Assembly (NCBI GenBank): GCA_951812855.1
Contig: OX638337.1
Location: 1,380,001-1,412,000, forward strand
Direction of reading: 5' to 3'
DNA from: an uncultured Lentisphaeria bacterium
GTDB lineage: Bacteria; Verrucomicrobiota; Lentisphaeria; JABSQK01; JAJFLO01
DNA length: 32,000 nucleotides
Made by a program: the position numbers and the translations under genes. Numbering within the stretch: the first letter of the stretch is position 1; every line of letters begins with the position of its first letter. The notes below the pieces were generated by a model. That model ran no database searches, had not been told where the DNA came from, and worked only from the letters and a program-made list of their open reading frames with translations. Below, piece by piece: positions 8,263 through 17,277 of the stretch.

Positions 8263-9267
8263 CTATTTTATTGGTTCCATTGAATTAAGCCATGCCACGG
8301 TCTTTTTTAGCCCCTCTTCATTTGACACCGACGGGATATAGCCGAAATCCTGCTTTGCTTTTTCATGGCTGTAATAATGTGATAACGCAAACTGAGCAGC
8401 AAGAAATCGTGTCATTTTTGGTTCCTTGGTTGTTGGCAATATTGAATAGAGACATTCCATAATTGTTCCAATCCCATAGGCAGTACTATAGGGAATCGTT
8501 TTTCTTATGGGGGGTATTTCAAATTGTTTCAGGAGTAAATTGATCCATTCCCAAAGATTTACGGGCTGCTGATCGCCGATGAAATATGATTGACCGGCAA
8601 CGGGTGAATCCGCAGCCAAATTGTCAGCAGCAAGAATGTGTGCATCCGCGGCGTTGTCAACAAAGGTTATATCGACGATATTTTTTCCGGTTCCAACCTG
8701 GGCAAGTGATTTGTTCTTCGCTTTTTTTATCAACATTGGTATGATATGAGGATCCCCTGGCCCCCAAATTAAATGCGGCCTTAATGAACAGGTCGACAGC
8801 TTTTTAACTGAATTAGACTCCAGAACTATTTTCTCAGCAATGGCTTTGGAATGTGGATAATGAGCATAGAATCTATCAGGGTAAGGCAGCGTTTCATTTC
8901 CGTTATTAATGTCCTTCATTCCGAATATAACACTGGGCGAACTTGTATAGACGAGTTTGTTAACCTTATGTTTCAAACACGCATTAATGATATTTAGTGT
9001 GCCATCGACATTGACTGAAAAATAATCATTTTTTTCCCCCCAGATTCCTGCTAACGCTGCGACATGGAAAACGATATCAACATTTTTAACAGCATCCATA
9101 ACCTGAGTTTGATTACGCAAATCCCCCCGATGACTTTCACACCCTAATTCTGTTAATTCAGGGTAATCACTACGGGAAAAAATTCGGACTCTATCCTTTC
9201 TATCAAGCAGTTTTTTGACGATTCTGCGTCCCAAAAAACCGCCACCGCCTGTTACAAGTGCCAGCAT
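8263..9267 (-). CDS. oleD: NAD(P)-dependent reductase of the 3-beta-HSD/epimerase family, OleD-like (2-alkyl-3-oxoalkanoate reductase)
   Basis: Rossmann 'LVTGGGGFLG', then 'YPEL', 'LRPHLIWGPGD' and 'TRFLAAQFALSHYYSHEKAKQDFGYIPSVSNEEGL'. These match my memory of Xanthomonas/Stenotrophomonas OleD. It sits directly downstream of the OleC-like gene. Confidence 0.7.
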   Translation of the reverse strand: MLALVTGGGGFLGRRIVKKLLDRKDRVRIFSRSDYPELTELGCESHRGDLRNQTQVMDAVKNVDIVFHVAALAGIWGEKNDYFSVNVDGTLNIINACLKHKVNKLVYTSSPSVIFGMKDINNGNETLPYPDRFYAHYPHSKAIAEKIVLESNSVKKLSTCSLRPHLIWGPGDPHIIPMLIKKAKNKSLAQVGTGKNIVDITFVDNAADAHILAADNLAADSPVAGQSYFIGDQQPVNLWEWINLLLKQFEIPPIRKTIPYSTAYGIGTIMECLYSILPTTKEPKMTRFLAAQFALSHYYSHEKAKQDFGYIPSVSNEEGLKKTVAWLNSMEPIK

Positions 9268-9436
9268 GATATTAATTTTTATCTAAATGAAGTTGTTTTT
9301 TTTGTCTTCAAATTTTTCCATTCTGAACCGAATTTATACAAAACGAATTGAATTAACTCAATTAAAAGAGTGGTTTGAAATGGCAAAGGCTACTGGAATT
9401 GTTGAGATATCATTCAATGGTAACTGACCGACCGTA

Positions 9437-11095
9437 TCATTGTGCCTGAGCCCAAACTGTTAATTTTTCCCTGAATATCTTAGCATTATGCCTAATGTCT
9501 ACCGGGAAACTCTTATGGAAGAATATGGTTTTGATTGTTTTTGTCAACTCATTTTCTTTAGCCAGAACTAATAATTCATCTCTAAATTTAGTTTGATCAG
9601 ACTGTGAAATTGGAAATTTGGATTTTAAGGGTTCAATAATGATGGCTGGACACTGATTGAATCGATCTTTCCCCCGCCCGACCAATGCAGATCGATATAC
9701 ATTTGGATGTTCATTGAAAATCGCTTCGCAGCAAACGGTATACATGGTATCTGATCCCGTTTCAACTCGGTGTGATTTGCGTCCGCAGAACCATAATTTT
9801 CCCTGTTCATCGAAATAACCAATGTCTCCGATACGATGCCAAAACGGGCCATTAATTTTATCGGCAGTTTCATAGATTTTATGAATTTTATTCTGTTCGG
9901 GCAGGTCTCTATATTCTCTGCTCACGACGGGGCCTTTGACGATAATTTCTCCCTTTTGATTTGGAGGTAAACTCTTTATATCAGCGATGTTTTCAATCGA
10001 ATCATCACTGGTTTCTATTATTTTGATTTCAATTTCAGGATAAGGGTATCCTACGCAGTATCCTTTTCCTTTTCTGGTTTGTTCCAATGTTTCAGAAAGA
10101 ACCGTGCTGCCTGTGAAGCTGGTCGTAAGAAGTGCTTCAGTGGCACCATAAGGGGTGTAAACTTCAGCACCAGGTCCGAGAATATGCTGTAGCATCCGTT
10201 CATGAAGATAGCCGGGTACGGGGGCTCCGGCCATCAGGACTTGTTTTAAGCGGGGGAATTTTATGTTATGCTTTATGCAGTAGATACTCACAGTGTTCCA
10301 AAGTGCCGGAGAGCCGAATGAGAATGTCACGTTGTTATCGTTAATAACATTAATAATGTTTTTCGGATTAACATCTGCGGGTCGGGTCGGGTTCATTCTT
10401 GGAAAAATAGCGGTCATTCCCAGTGAAATGCTGATAATCGAGAAGAATGCAAAGCCAGGCATGTCAATGTCATCTTGTTTTATACTGTATTTAGACTTAA
10501 TAAGCCGAGTTTGTGCATTAAGCATGTCATGGGTATAGACAACGCCTTTGGGAACACCGGTACTGCCGGTTGTAAAAATGATTGCTGCGGTATCTTCCGG
10601 TTTGTTCTCCGATATAGTGAATTCCTGATCACTGTTCTTTTTGCGATAAATAGATTGTGCTCCGGCAAATCCCATTTTACTGGTTGTAATATTAATTTTA
10701 ATGCTTTGAAAGTGCTTAGGAAAACATATCCTGATTAAATGAACTGCAGGAATAGCAACAAGAGCGTGCGGCTTGATATGATCTAAGCAGGCAAACAGAT
10801 TTTGTCGTCCCATTCCCGGGTCGATTAAAACTGGAATTGCACCAATCTTAAAGAGTGCAAAGACAATGGGTAAAAAATCAATTGCCGGTTTTACCATGAA
10901 GCTGACCATCATGCCTTTTTCTATTCCGGATGATTCAAGACTGAATGCAAACTGGCTGCAGCGTTTATCGAATTTACTGAATGTTAAGGATGTGTATGAT
11001 GGTTTCTGGTTGAGTAATGCAGCGTTTTGCAGGGATACTGCAATTTTTTGAGGAGATTTATTAGCGGCGTTAATCAGATTATGTGTAAAATTCAT
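9437..11095 (-). CDS. oleC: Adenylate-forming enzyme, OleC-like olefin beta-lactone synthetase
   Basis: AMP-binding motif 'FTTGSTGVPKGVVY'. OleC-like strings: 'FALFKIGAIPVLIDPG', 'MNPTRPADV', 'GKLWFCGRKSHRVET', and C-terminal 'FPVDIRHNAKIFREKLTVWA'. Confidence 0.75.
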   Translation of the reverse strand: MNFTHNLINAANKSPQKIAVSLQNAALLNQKPSYTSLTFSKFDKRCSQFAFSLESSGIEKGMMVSFMVKPAIDFLPIVFALFKIGAIPVLIDPGMGRQNLFACLDHIKPHALVAIPAVHLIRICFPKHFQSIKINITTSKMGFAGAQSIYRKKNSDQEFTISENKPEDTAAIIFTTGSTGVPKGVVYTHDMLNAQTRLIKSKYSIKQDDIDMPGFAFFSIISISLGMTAIFPRMNPTRPADVNPKNIINVINDNNVTFSFGSPALWNTVSIYCIKHNIKFPRLKQVLMAGAPVPGYLHERMLQHILGPGAEVYTPYGATEALLTTSFTGSTVLSETLEQTRKGKGYCVGYPYPEIEIKIIETSDDSIENIADIKSLPPNQKGEIIVKGPVVSREYRDLPEQNKIHKIYETADKINGPFWHRIGDIGYFDEQGKLWFCGRKSHRVETGSDTMYTVCCEAIFNEHPNVYRSALVGRGKDRFNQCPAIIIEPLKSKFPISQSDQTKFRDELLVLAKENELTKTIKTIFFHKSFPVDIRHNAKIFREKLTVWAQAQ

Positions 11096-11103
11096 CTATC
11101 TGA

Positions 11104-13737
11104 TTATTTCGAATTTTCGTTTGGTTTTGTGCGGACCAGGACGTAATTCGTCAAGTATTTTTTTGCAACCCGTAAAACATCGTCAGCAGTAACCTGATTA
11201 ATACGATTTGAGAAAGTGTTTGAGAAATCGAATCCTAATCCATAGAGTTCATCCAGTACAGCCTGTATTGCCATTGCGTTATTTGTTTGTCTGCTTAATT
11301 TTTCCATTGTGTTGCAAATGGTTTTTGCTTTTGACATTTCTTCTTCAGATACCCGTTCTGATTTAATCGTCTCAATATTTTTCAGAATTATAGATATTAC
11401 CTCATCCATTTTTCCCGGGGATGCAGCTGCTGTAATACCAAAGTACCCCGGGGCCAATCCGGTAAAATTATGAGCATGAACGACATAGACTAAGTCCTTA
11501 TCCTGACCACGAAGCTGTTCATGCAGCCAACCCCCAGGATACCTGTGGCCGGATAGAATTGTATCCATAACGATCATTGGATATCTATCCGGGTTTGATA
11601 TATCAGTTCCAGGATAACCCAGATATATTGCTGCTAAAGATTTGTCAACCTCCTTTATTATGGTAAGATCATCTTTGATCGCTCTCACGGGTTCTATTTT
11701 CGGGAGATCAAAGGTCTCGGAACTGAAATTGTTATCCAGTACATCCCTGACTGATTCCTGAATGTTATTCTCATCAACATCGCCAAATACTGATACAACG
11801 CATCGACCGGGATTTACGAAACGGCGATAAAAATCACGAACATCTGCGGTGGTGACAGATCGAATTGATTCTTTGGTTCCAAGTGGATCGTTATGGTAGG
11901 GGTGAGTGCGATAGAATTTTTGTTTAAATATATAGAACACTTCTTTATCCCAGCGGTCATTCCTTCGGGAAATGCTCGATAGCGTGTTTTGTCGTATTGT
12001 CTCAAGTTCATTTTCATCGAACGCCGGATGTTTAAGCATATCTGCAAAAATGTTTAATGCAAAATGGAAGTCTTCTTTTAATACCTCGACATTAATTCCA
12101 AATGCATTATTACCTGATATATAAGAATACGAACCACCAATACTGTCGAAGGCAGTTGCAATGTCGTCTCGTGACCGCGATGTTGTGCCTTTTGTGAGAA
12201 GTGCAGCAGTTATCCGCGAAATACCGGCTTTGTCACGCGGCTCATGAAGCACACCTCCGATAAACATTGCTCTTAGGTTTACCAGAGGAAGGTTCGGGTT
12301 ATTTTTTACTAATAAGCGAATACCGTTATCCAAACTGAATTTTTGTATTTTTTGATGCGTGGTTGACTGTCTTTTCCCTTTATCAACAGTTTTGTTCTCT
12401 TCCGGCCGAAGCATAACAACTGATAAATTGTCATCGAATAAGTATCGGTTTGCTGCCTGCATAACATCTTCAGACGTCACATTTTTTATGTTTTCCAGAT
12501 AATACGTGTTGAATTCAGGATTGCCTGTCATAAGCAGATTTATACCCAATTCACTTGCTTCAGATGAGGCCGTTTGAATTCCAAGAATATCATCGGCAGT
12601 CATTTGTTTTTTCGCTTTTGCCAATTCTTTTTCTGTAACCGGGATATTTTTAACTTTATCCAATTCCTGCAGTATTGCCTGTATCGCCGGTTCAGTATTT
12701 TCATTTTTACAAACTCCCTTGATGGTAAATGTACCCGCATTGTATCCGGGAGTGTCAGAATAGGCGTAGATTGAAGAAACTAACCGCTTTTCCTCTACCA
12801 GTGATTTTCTCATTCGGGAACTGCCCCCGTTTGAAAGTATAAAACTCAGAACATCAAGGGCGAATAGATCCTTATGGTCAATGCTGACGGTGTGGTAACC
12901 CAAAGCAAAATACGTTTCAGCAATACTTTTTTTAGTAACTGTTTTTTGCCGCTTCCCGAGTTGTTTTGGTTCATCTGCCAAAGAATATACAGGAATGATT
13001 TTTCGTTCAAAGGACGCGAATGCCTTTTTAATGTGATCCATAATTTTATACTTATTAAAATCACCCACTGCTACAATGATCATATTATTCGGAGCATACA
13101 TCATGTCATAGTAATCAAGAATATTCTGATGTGTGATTTTAGTAACGAGCGATTCTTCTCCGATCACGGGGAATTTTACTGGATGAACATTAAACATTGT
13201 CCTGTATAATTGCTTACTCAGAATTCGATAGGGTTCTTCTTTTCCCTTTCTCAGCTCCTCCATGACAATACCTAATTCTCGCTGATATTCATTCTCAGGA
13301 AATGTACTGTTCATCATCCAGTCAGCCATTATATCAATGGCTTTTGCGGTTAATTCTGAGGATGTAGTGATAAAATAACAGGTGTGGTCTTTCGTTGTAT
13401 AAGCATTATTTGCTCCTCCTAATTGATCAATCGCTTCATTGATTTCTTTTTCAGTATAATTCCGGGTCGTTCCTCCGTTAATCAGATGTTCAAAAACATG
13501 AGAAATTCCAGTACCGAGATATTGATTTTCGTATATACTGCCTGTCTTTACGTAGATTCTAACATCAGCAACAGGTGCGGTATGACTTTCCTTAACGGCG
13601 ATTTGCAGTCCATTTGGCATTACTTCTATAAGCGGATTCTTCTCTTGTGAAGAAACATTTGATCCAGGCAGGAATGATATTAAAAAAATTAATAAAATTA
13701 ACTGCGGAGCATTTTGATACCTGTGATTCAAAACCAT
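11104..13737 (-). CDS. Secreted two-unit M16 (pitrilysin/insulinase) zinc peptidase
   Basis: 877 aa. Signal-like N-terminus and inverted zincin motif 'HVFEHL' in the first half. The second half repeats the M16 inactive-domain architecture. 8-nt gap to oleC. Confidence 0.85.
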   Translation of the reverse strand: MVLNHRYQNAPQLILLIFLISFLPGSNVSSQEKNPLIEVMPNGLQIAVKESHTAPVADVRIYVKTGSIYENQYLGTGISHVFEHLINGGTTRNYTEKEINEAIDQLGGANNAYTTKDHTCYFITTSSELTAKAIDIMADWMMNSTFPENEYQRELGIVMEELRKGKEEPYRILSKQLYRTMFNVHPVKFPVIGEESLVTKITHQNILDYYDMMYAPNNMIIVAVGDFNKYKIMDHIKKAFASFERKIIPVYSLADEPKQLGKRQKTVTKKSIAETYFALGYHTVSIDHKDLFALDVLSFILSNGGSSRMRKSLVEEKRLVSSIYAYSDTPGYNAGTFTIKGVCKNENTEPAIQAILQELDKVKNIPVTEKELAKAKKQMTADDILGIQTASSEASELGINLLMTGNPEFNTYYLENIKNVTSEDVMQAANRYLFDDNLSVVMLRPEENKTVDKGKRQSTTHQKIQKFSLDNGIRLLVKNNPNLPLVNLRAMFIGGVLHEPRDKAGISRITAALLTKGTTSRSRDDIATAFDSIGGSYSYISGNNAFGINVEVLKEDFHFALNIFADMLKHPAFDENELETIRQNTLSSISRRNDRWDKEVFYIFKQKFYRTHPYHNDPLGTKESIRSVTTADVRDFYRRFVNPGRCVVSVFGDVDENNIQESVRDVLDNNFSSETFDLPKIEPVRAIKDDLTIIKEVDKSLAAIYLGYPGTDISNPDRYPMIVMDTILSGHRYPGGWLHEQLRGQDKDLVYVVHAHNFTGLAPGYFGITAAASPGKMDEVISIILKNIETIKSERVSEEEMSKAKTICNTMEKLSRQTNNAMAIQAVLDELYGLGFDFSNTFSNRINQVTADDVLRVAKKYLTNYVLVRTKPNENSK

Positions 13738-13753
13738 TTTAATATCTCCAATA

Positions 13754-14824
13754 TTATTTGTTCCTGAAGGTAATTAATTTTAACCATTCTTCTAAGCGTT
13801 CCCGATATCTATTGTCGGGAAATTCCTTTAAAAGATCTTCTGCTGTTCTGATATGTTCCAAAATTTGGTTCTCAACCCTTTGAATCGCCCCGGAATTTTT
13901 TAGTAATTCACAAATTTTTTCCACAGATTGAGTCGTGAGATTACGTTTTCCCAGACACTCCAAAAAATAATTTGAATCCTTGTTATTCAGCTTTTTGGCT
14001 GCTGTCACAAATAGGAACGTTCTTTTCCCTTGTTCTAAGTCCGAGGCAATTGGTTTCCCTAACGTATTGATTTCACCCAACATACCCAATAAGTCATCTT
14101 TCAGTTGAAATGCCAGTCCTGCATTCTCTGCAAATTCCCCTATTTTTTTTACCTGATCGGTTTCAAAATTTCCGGATTCCAATCCGATTAGTGCACCACA
14201 TTCAGCAGAAAAACGAAATAACCGACCTGTTTTAAGATTCATCATATGGTGAATCGAATCAGATGATTGATCCGATATCGGCAGGATTTCCATTTCAGAA
14301 TCCAATGCCTCGCCTGTACTCAGGTGAGGATTTACAAATTGATTAAGTCTGTAAAGAATTTTTAGAGCCAGATCTTTAGATAAGCCATCCCGGACAGCAT
14401 CAATGATCAGCTTGTTCGCCCAGGCTTGTTGTACATCCCCGACTAAAATTGCCAAGTTATACCCGTATTTCGTGGCTTTTTCCGCAGATAAGTCTTTATA
14501 AGTATCTAATGCTCTTTCTGCAATATAGTTATGGATTGATTTTCCACCGCGTCGCATGTCGTCTTCGTCAATTATATCATCATGGACAAGAGTCCAAATA
14601 TGAAAAATTTCAATTGCAGCAGCCACTTTGACAGATTGGTGAACATTGCTATTAAATAAGCCGGAGGTCCAGATTACCAGTGCAGGGCGCATTGCCTTGC
14701 TGTTTCGAGATGGATACTCAAGAATCGCATCTCTTAAAATCGGCATAGAAATTTGATCAATAAATGGATCATTGAGTAACGTATCTCTAATCAAATTTTG
14801 TATTTCTTCCAAGTTATAATTCAT
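13754..14824 (-). CDS. Polyprenyl diphosphate synthase (trans-isoprenyl diphosphate synthase family)
   Basis: First Asp-rich motif 'LVHDDIIDEDDMRRG' and second 'FQLKDDLLG'. 16-nt gap to the M16 peptidase gene. Confidence 0.85.
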   Translation of the reverse strand: MNYNLEEIQNLIRDTLLNDPFIDQISMPILRDAILEYPSRNSKAMRPALVIWTSGLFNSNVHQSVKVAAAIEIFHIWTLVHDDIIDEDDMRRGGKSIHNYIAERALDTYKDLSAEKATKYGYNLAILVGDVQQAWANKLIIDAVRDGLSKDLALKILYRLNQFVNPHLSTGEALDSEMEILPISDQSSDSIHHMMNLKTGRLFRFSAECGALIGLESGNFETDQVKKIGEFAENAGLAFQLKDDLLGMLGEINTLGKPIASDLEQGKRTFLFVTAAKKLNNKDSNYFLECLGKRNLTTQSVEKICELLKNSGAIQRVENQILEHIRTAEDLLKEFPDNRYRERLEEWLKLITFRNK

Positions 14825-14909
14825 AAAAAGAACCTGAATAGTTTAGGGGTAAAATGTAATTTTTCCTGAACGTCTTATCATCAACCACTATAATTTTTGA
14901 ATTTATAGA

Positions 14910-14933
14910 GTTTCATATTGACAATATTGAAAC
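14910..14933. promoter_or_regulatory. Imperfect 24-bp inverted repeat GTTTCATATTG-A-CAATATTGAAAC in the divergent spacer (contains TTGACA)
   Basis: Read directly. The arms are complementary apart from one bulged T. It lies between the divergent polyprenyl synthase (-) and rpoZ (+) starts. Confidence 0.2.
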
Positions 14934-15025
14934 TGATAGTAACCTACTAAGCCAATTTTAATTTGTTAAAACTGACGTATTGAATTGATGTCATCTGACT
15001 CTGCAGACATTTCTTTCAAATCGTA

Positions 15026-15256
15026 ATGATTAAAGCCGTTTTAAATACAGGAGAGCTAACTTTGAACGACGAATACTTAGTACATGCTTTAGAAAAACTG
15101 GTAGATCCTTTAATTGTGGTTAATGTTGCATCAAAACGAGCCAGAGAACTTGCTCGTGGTTCTGCATCTATGGTACCTGTTAAGTCTGGTCAAAGTTATT
15201 TAGATACGGCACTTCTTGAAATCGCTGAAGGTAAAATTGTTGTTGAAGATTCATAA
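15026..15256 (+). CDS. rpoZ: DNA-directed RNA polymerase subunit omega
   Basis: 'ALEKLVDPLIVVNVASKRARELARG ... LDTALLEIAEGKI' matches the omega core pattern (xRFxLVxxAAKRARQL ... AxxEIxxGK). An in-frame TTG at 15062, preceded by AGGAG 8 nt upstream, is an alternative start. Confidence 0.65.
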   Translation: MIKAVLNTGELTLNDEYLVHALEKLVDPLIVVNVASKRARELARGSASMVPVKSGQSYLDTALLEIAEGKIVVEDS

Positions 15257-15415
15257 AATTTCTTGAGTCTCAGTTAAATATAAAAGTTTAAACCTGCCAT
15301 CAGAGCAACTGGAAATATCCTTCATTCCGCTGATACCGGTTTCAAAATGAGTCACACACTTAGAGATATGATTCAATCCGCCTGTACGACCTATTCCTTT
15401 TTTCTGTGTTTATAA

Positions 15416-16447
15416 TTAATTCGTTACTCGTTTTTTCTTTTCGTCGTTTCGGGGCGGGTTATAGAACAAGGGCATAGCACTGTGAAACAGGATCTGAATA
15501 TTTTTTCCAGGGACACCTTTAAATATTGCGTTTGCTTCTATTTTCCCATTTGGCGGTATCGCTTTTGACCAGCCTGGATTATCGTCTTTATTGGTGCTGC
15601 TGCACAGAAATCTTACCTTGCCGTTTTCAAAAACTCGATGAACATTGTGGTATTTCCCTGTTTTGAAATCGTACAGCTGTGTTCGGGCAACGTAATTGGG
15701 TTGATTTAAACCCCAAATAAAGCGTTCGTCGGGATTTCTGTTTACATAATACCAAGATACTTCGAACGTATTGTTATCACGCTTCTTAATATCTTTAAGT
15801 TCTAAATATATATCGGGCCAATTTGTTTCTTTTTCCTGGTACATCCGCTTAATTTGTTCCCGGATTGAAAGTACGGGAACGTTGACGGTATGAATGCCAT
15901 TTTCGTTTACGCCATAGAGTTTTATCTGAATTGGCTTCTGCAGATTTTCAGGAATCTTAAACTGTGCCCATGCTGGAAGATCTCTGCCTCCAAAGAGTTC
16001 CTTAGACCAATTTTCGTCACTCTCTTTGTTTGTACTTGAACATGCGGGCAGTTTTGATGTATTTATATGAACTTTAAATTCTCTGCCCGTCGCATCTATC
16101 AGAGTTGATTCAGCAACAAAATTTGGTTGAGCAAATCCCCATGAAAATGATTGAGACATATCCTCATTGGTATTGATGTAGTTCCATTCCGCAATGATCA
16201 TTTGACTGCTGATTTGTGCGACACTCTCGATATCGATTTTTATATCTGTCCAGATTGTTGACAGGTTTTTGGGAAAGGATTTTATAATTTTTTGCTTTTC
16301 AGGGTCAGGATCACTTGACGCAGCATGGTTTTCTTCTCGTTTGATCAACAAAAATGTGATGATTAAAATGGCAAAAACAAGACAGGATAAACGCAGCCAT
16401 ATCGGCATTTTAATCGAGCTGTCAGTTTCTGCAGGGTTTTCACTCAT
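15416..16447 (-). CDS. Hypothetical membrane-anchored protein with two paralogous ~130-aa domains
   Basis: One N-terminal TM helix ('IWLRLSCLVFAILIITFLLI'). Two internal repeats share W-x-Y-[IV]-N-x-N-x-[DE], 'WG[FL]xQPN[FY]VA', 'CSSTNK[ED]', 'WSK' and 'IQI'. The start is 5 nt after the purQ stop. Confidence 0.6.
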   Translation of the reverse strand: MSENPAETDSSIKMPIWLRLSCLVFAILIITFLLIKREENHAASSDPDPEKQKIIKSFPKNLSTIWTDIKIDIESVAQISSQMIIAEWNYINTNEDMSQSFSWGFAQPNFVAESTLIDATGREFKVHINTSKLPACSSTNKESDENWSKELFGGRDLPAWAQFKIPENLQKPIQIKLYGVNENGIHTVNVPVLSIREQIKRMYQEKETNWPDIYLELKDIKKRDNNTFEVSWYYVNRNPDERFIWGLNQPNYVARTQLYDFKTGKYHNVHRVFENGKVRFLCSSTNKDDNPGWSKAIPPNGKIEANAIFKGVPGKNIQILFHSAMPLFYNPPRNDEKKKRVTN

Positions 16448-16452
16448 TCTTG

Positions 16453-17265
16453 CTATAATAAGTTGTCAGTTGCAAAATCAACTGCGTTTTTAAAAACGAT
16501 TTGCCCCATTCCCTCTTTTTGAAGAGAACCATTTAGTTTTTGACGAATCCAGTGTGGATGATTGTAGGCAGACAGATATGCTTCAGGGTGGGGCATTAGA
16601 CCAAAAATTCTTCCTGTTTTATTACATATACCTGCAATTCCATTGATCGATCCGTTAGGATTATAAGGAAACTCGGCGGTCGGTTTCAATGAAACGGGAT
16701 CTGCATAATTTAATACAACCAGATTTTCCTTTTCTATTTCATTCAGTACGGCCTGGTTGAGAGCAACTATTTTTCCTTCACCATGTCGAATCGGCAACGG
16801 AATAGTCTCAATATCTTTAGTGAATATACAGGGAGATTGTTTATTAACCCTAAGGGTGACCCAGGAGTTTCGAAAAACACCGGAATCATTTGCTGCAAGG
16901 GCGATTGTGGGCTCAAAATCAATACCGTTTAATGATGGTACAAGTCCCAGGCGGGCTATAATCTGGAATCCGTTGCAAATACCAATTATTAAGTTTCCGC
17001 GTTCAATATACTCTTTTAATGAGTTACCTAAATGATTCATGATACGGTTTGCAAACACCGTGCCCGCACCTAAATGGTCTCCAAATGAAAAACCGCCAAT
17101 AAAACAAAGTATTTGAGTGTTTAGCAGTTTATCCGGATTTCGGATTAAATCATTGAGATGAATTTGCTCGACTGAAGCACCGGCCATTGACAGAGCCTTT
17201 GCTGTTTCTTTCTCACAATTTAAGCCAAAACCAGTTATAATCGTTGCTGTTACTTTCGGATTCAT
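16453..17265 (-). CDS. purQ: Phosphoribosylformylglycinamidine synthase, glutamine amidotransferase subunit
   Basis: 'GGFSFGD', nucleophile elbow 'GICNGFQ', and 'MPHPE' His/Glu motif. Immediately downstream of purL. Confidence 0.9.
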   Translation of the reverse strand: MNPKVTATIITGFGLNCEKETAKALSMAGASVEQIHLNDLIRNPDKLLNTQILCFIGGFSFGDHLGAGTVFANRIMNHLGNSLKEYIERGNLIIGICNGFQIIARLGLVPSLNGIDFEPTIALAANDSGVFRNSWVTLRVNKQSPCIFTKDIETIPLPIRHGEGKIVALNQAVLNEIEKENLVVLNYADPVSLKPTAEFPYNPNGSINGIAGICNKTGRIFGLMPHPEAYLSAYNHPHWIRQKLNGSLQKEGMGQIVFKNAVDFATDNLL

Positions 17266-17277
17266 AATGTAAATTCT

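Noticed and set aside
9625-11051. Seven ORFs of 61-87 aa on both strands inside the oleC-like gene: 9625-9873(-), 10132-10344(+), 10293-10538(+), 10475-10738(+), 10480-10668(-), 10866-11051(+). Similar ORFs overlap other long genes, for example 207-506(-), 757-951(-), 2960-3259(+), 4167-4586(+) and 12574-13650.
   Set aside because: They lie entirely within, or antisense to, long ORFs with strong family motifs. Their translations are low-complexity or lack motifs. These are shadow ORFs.
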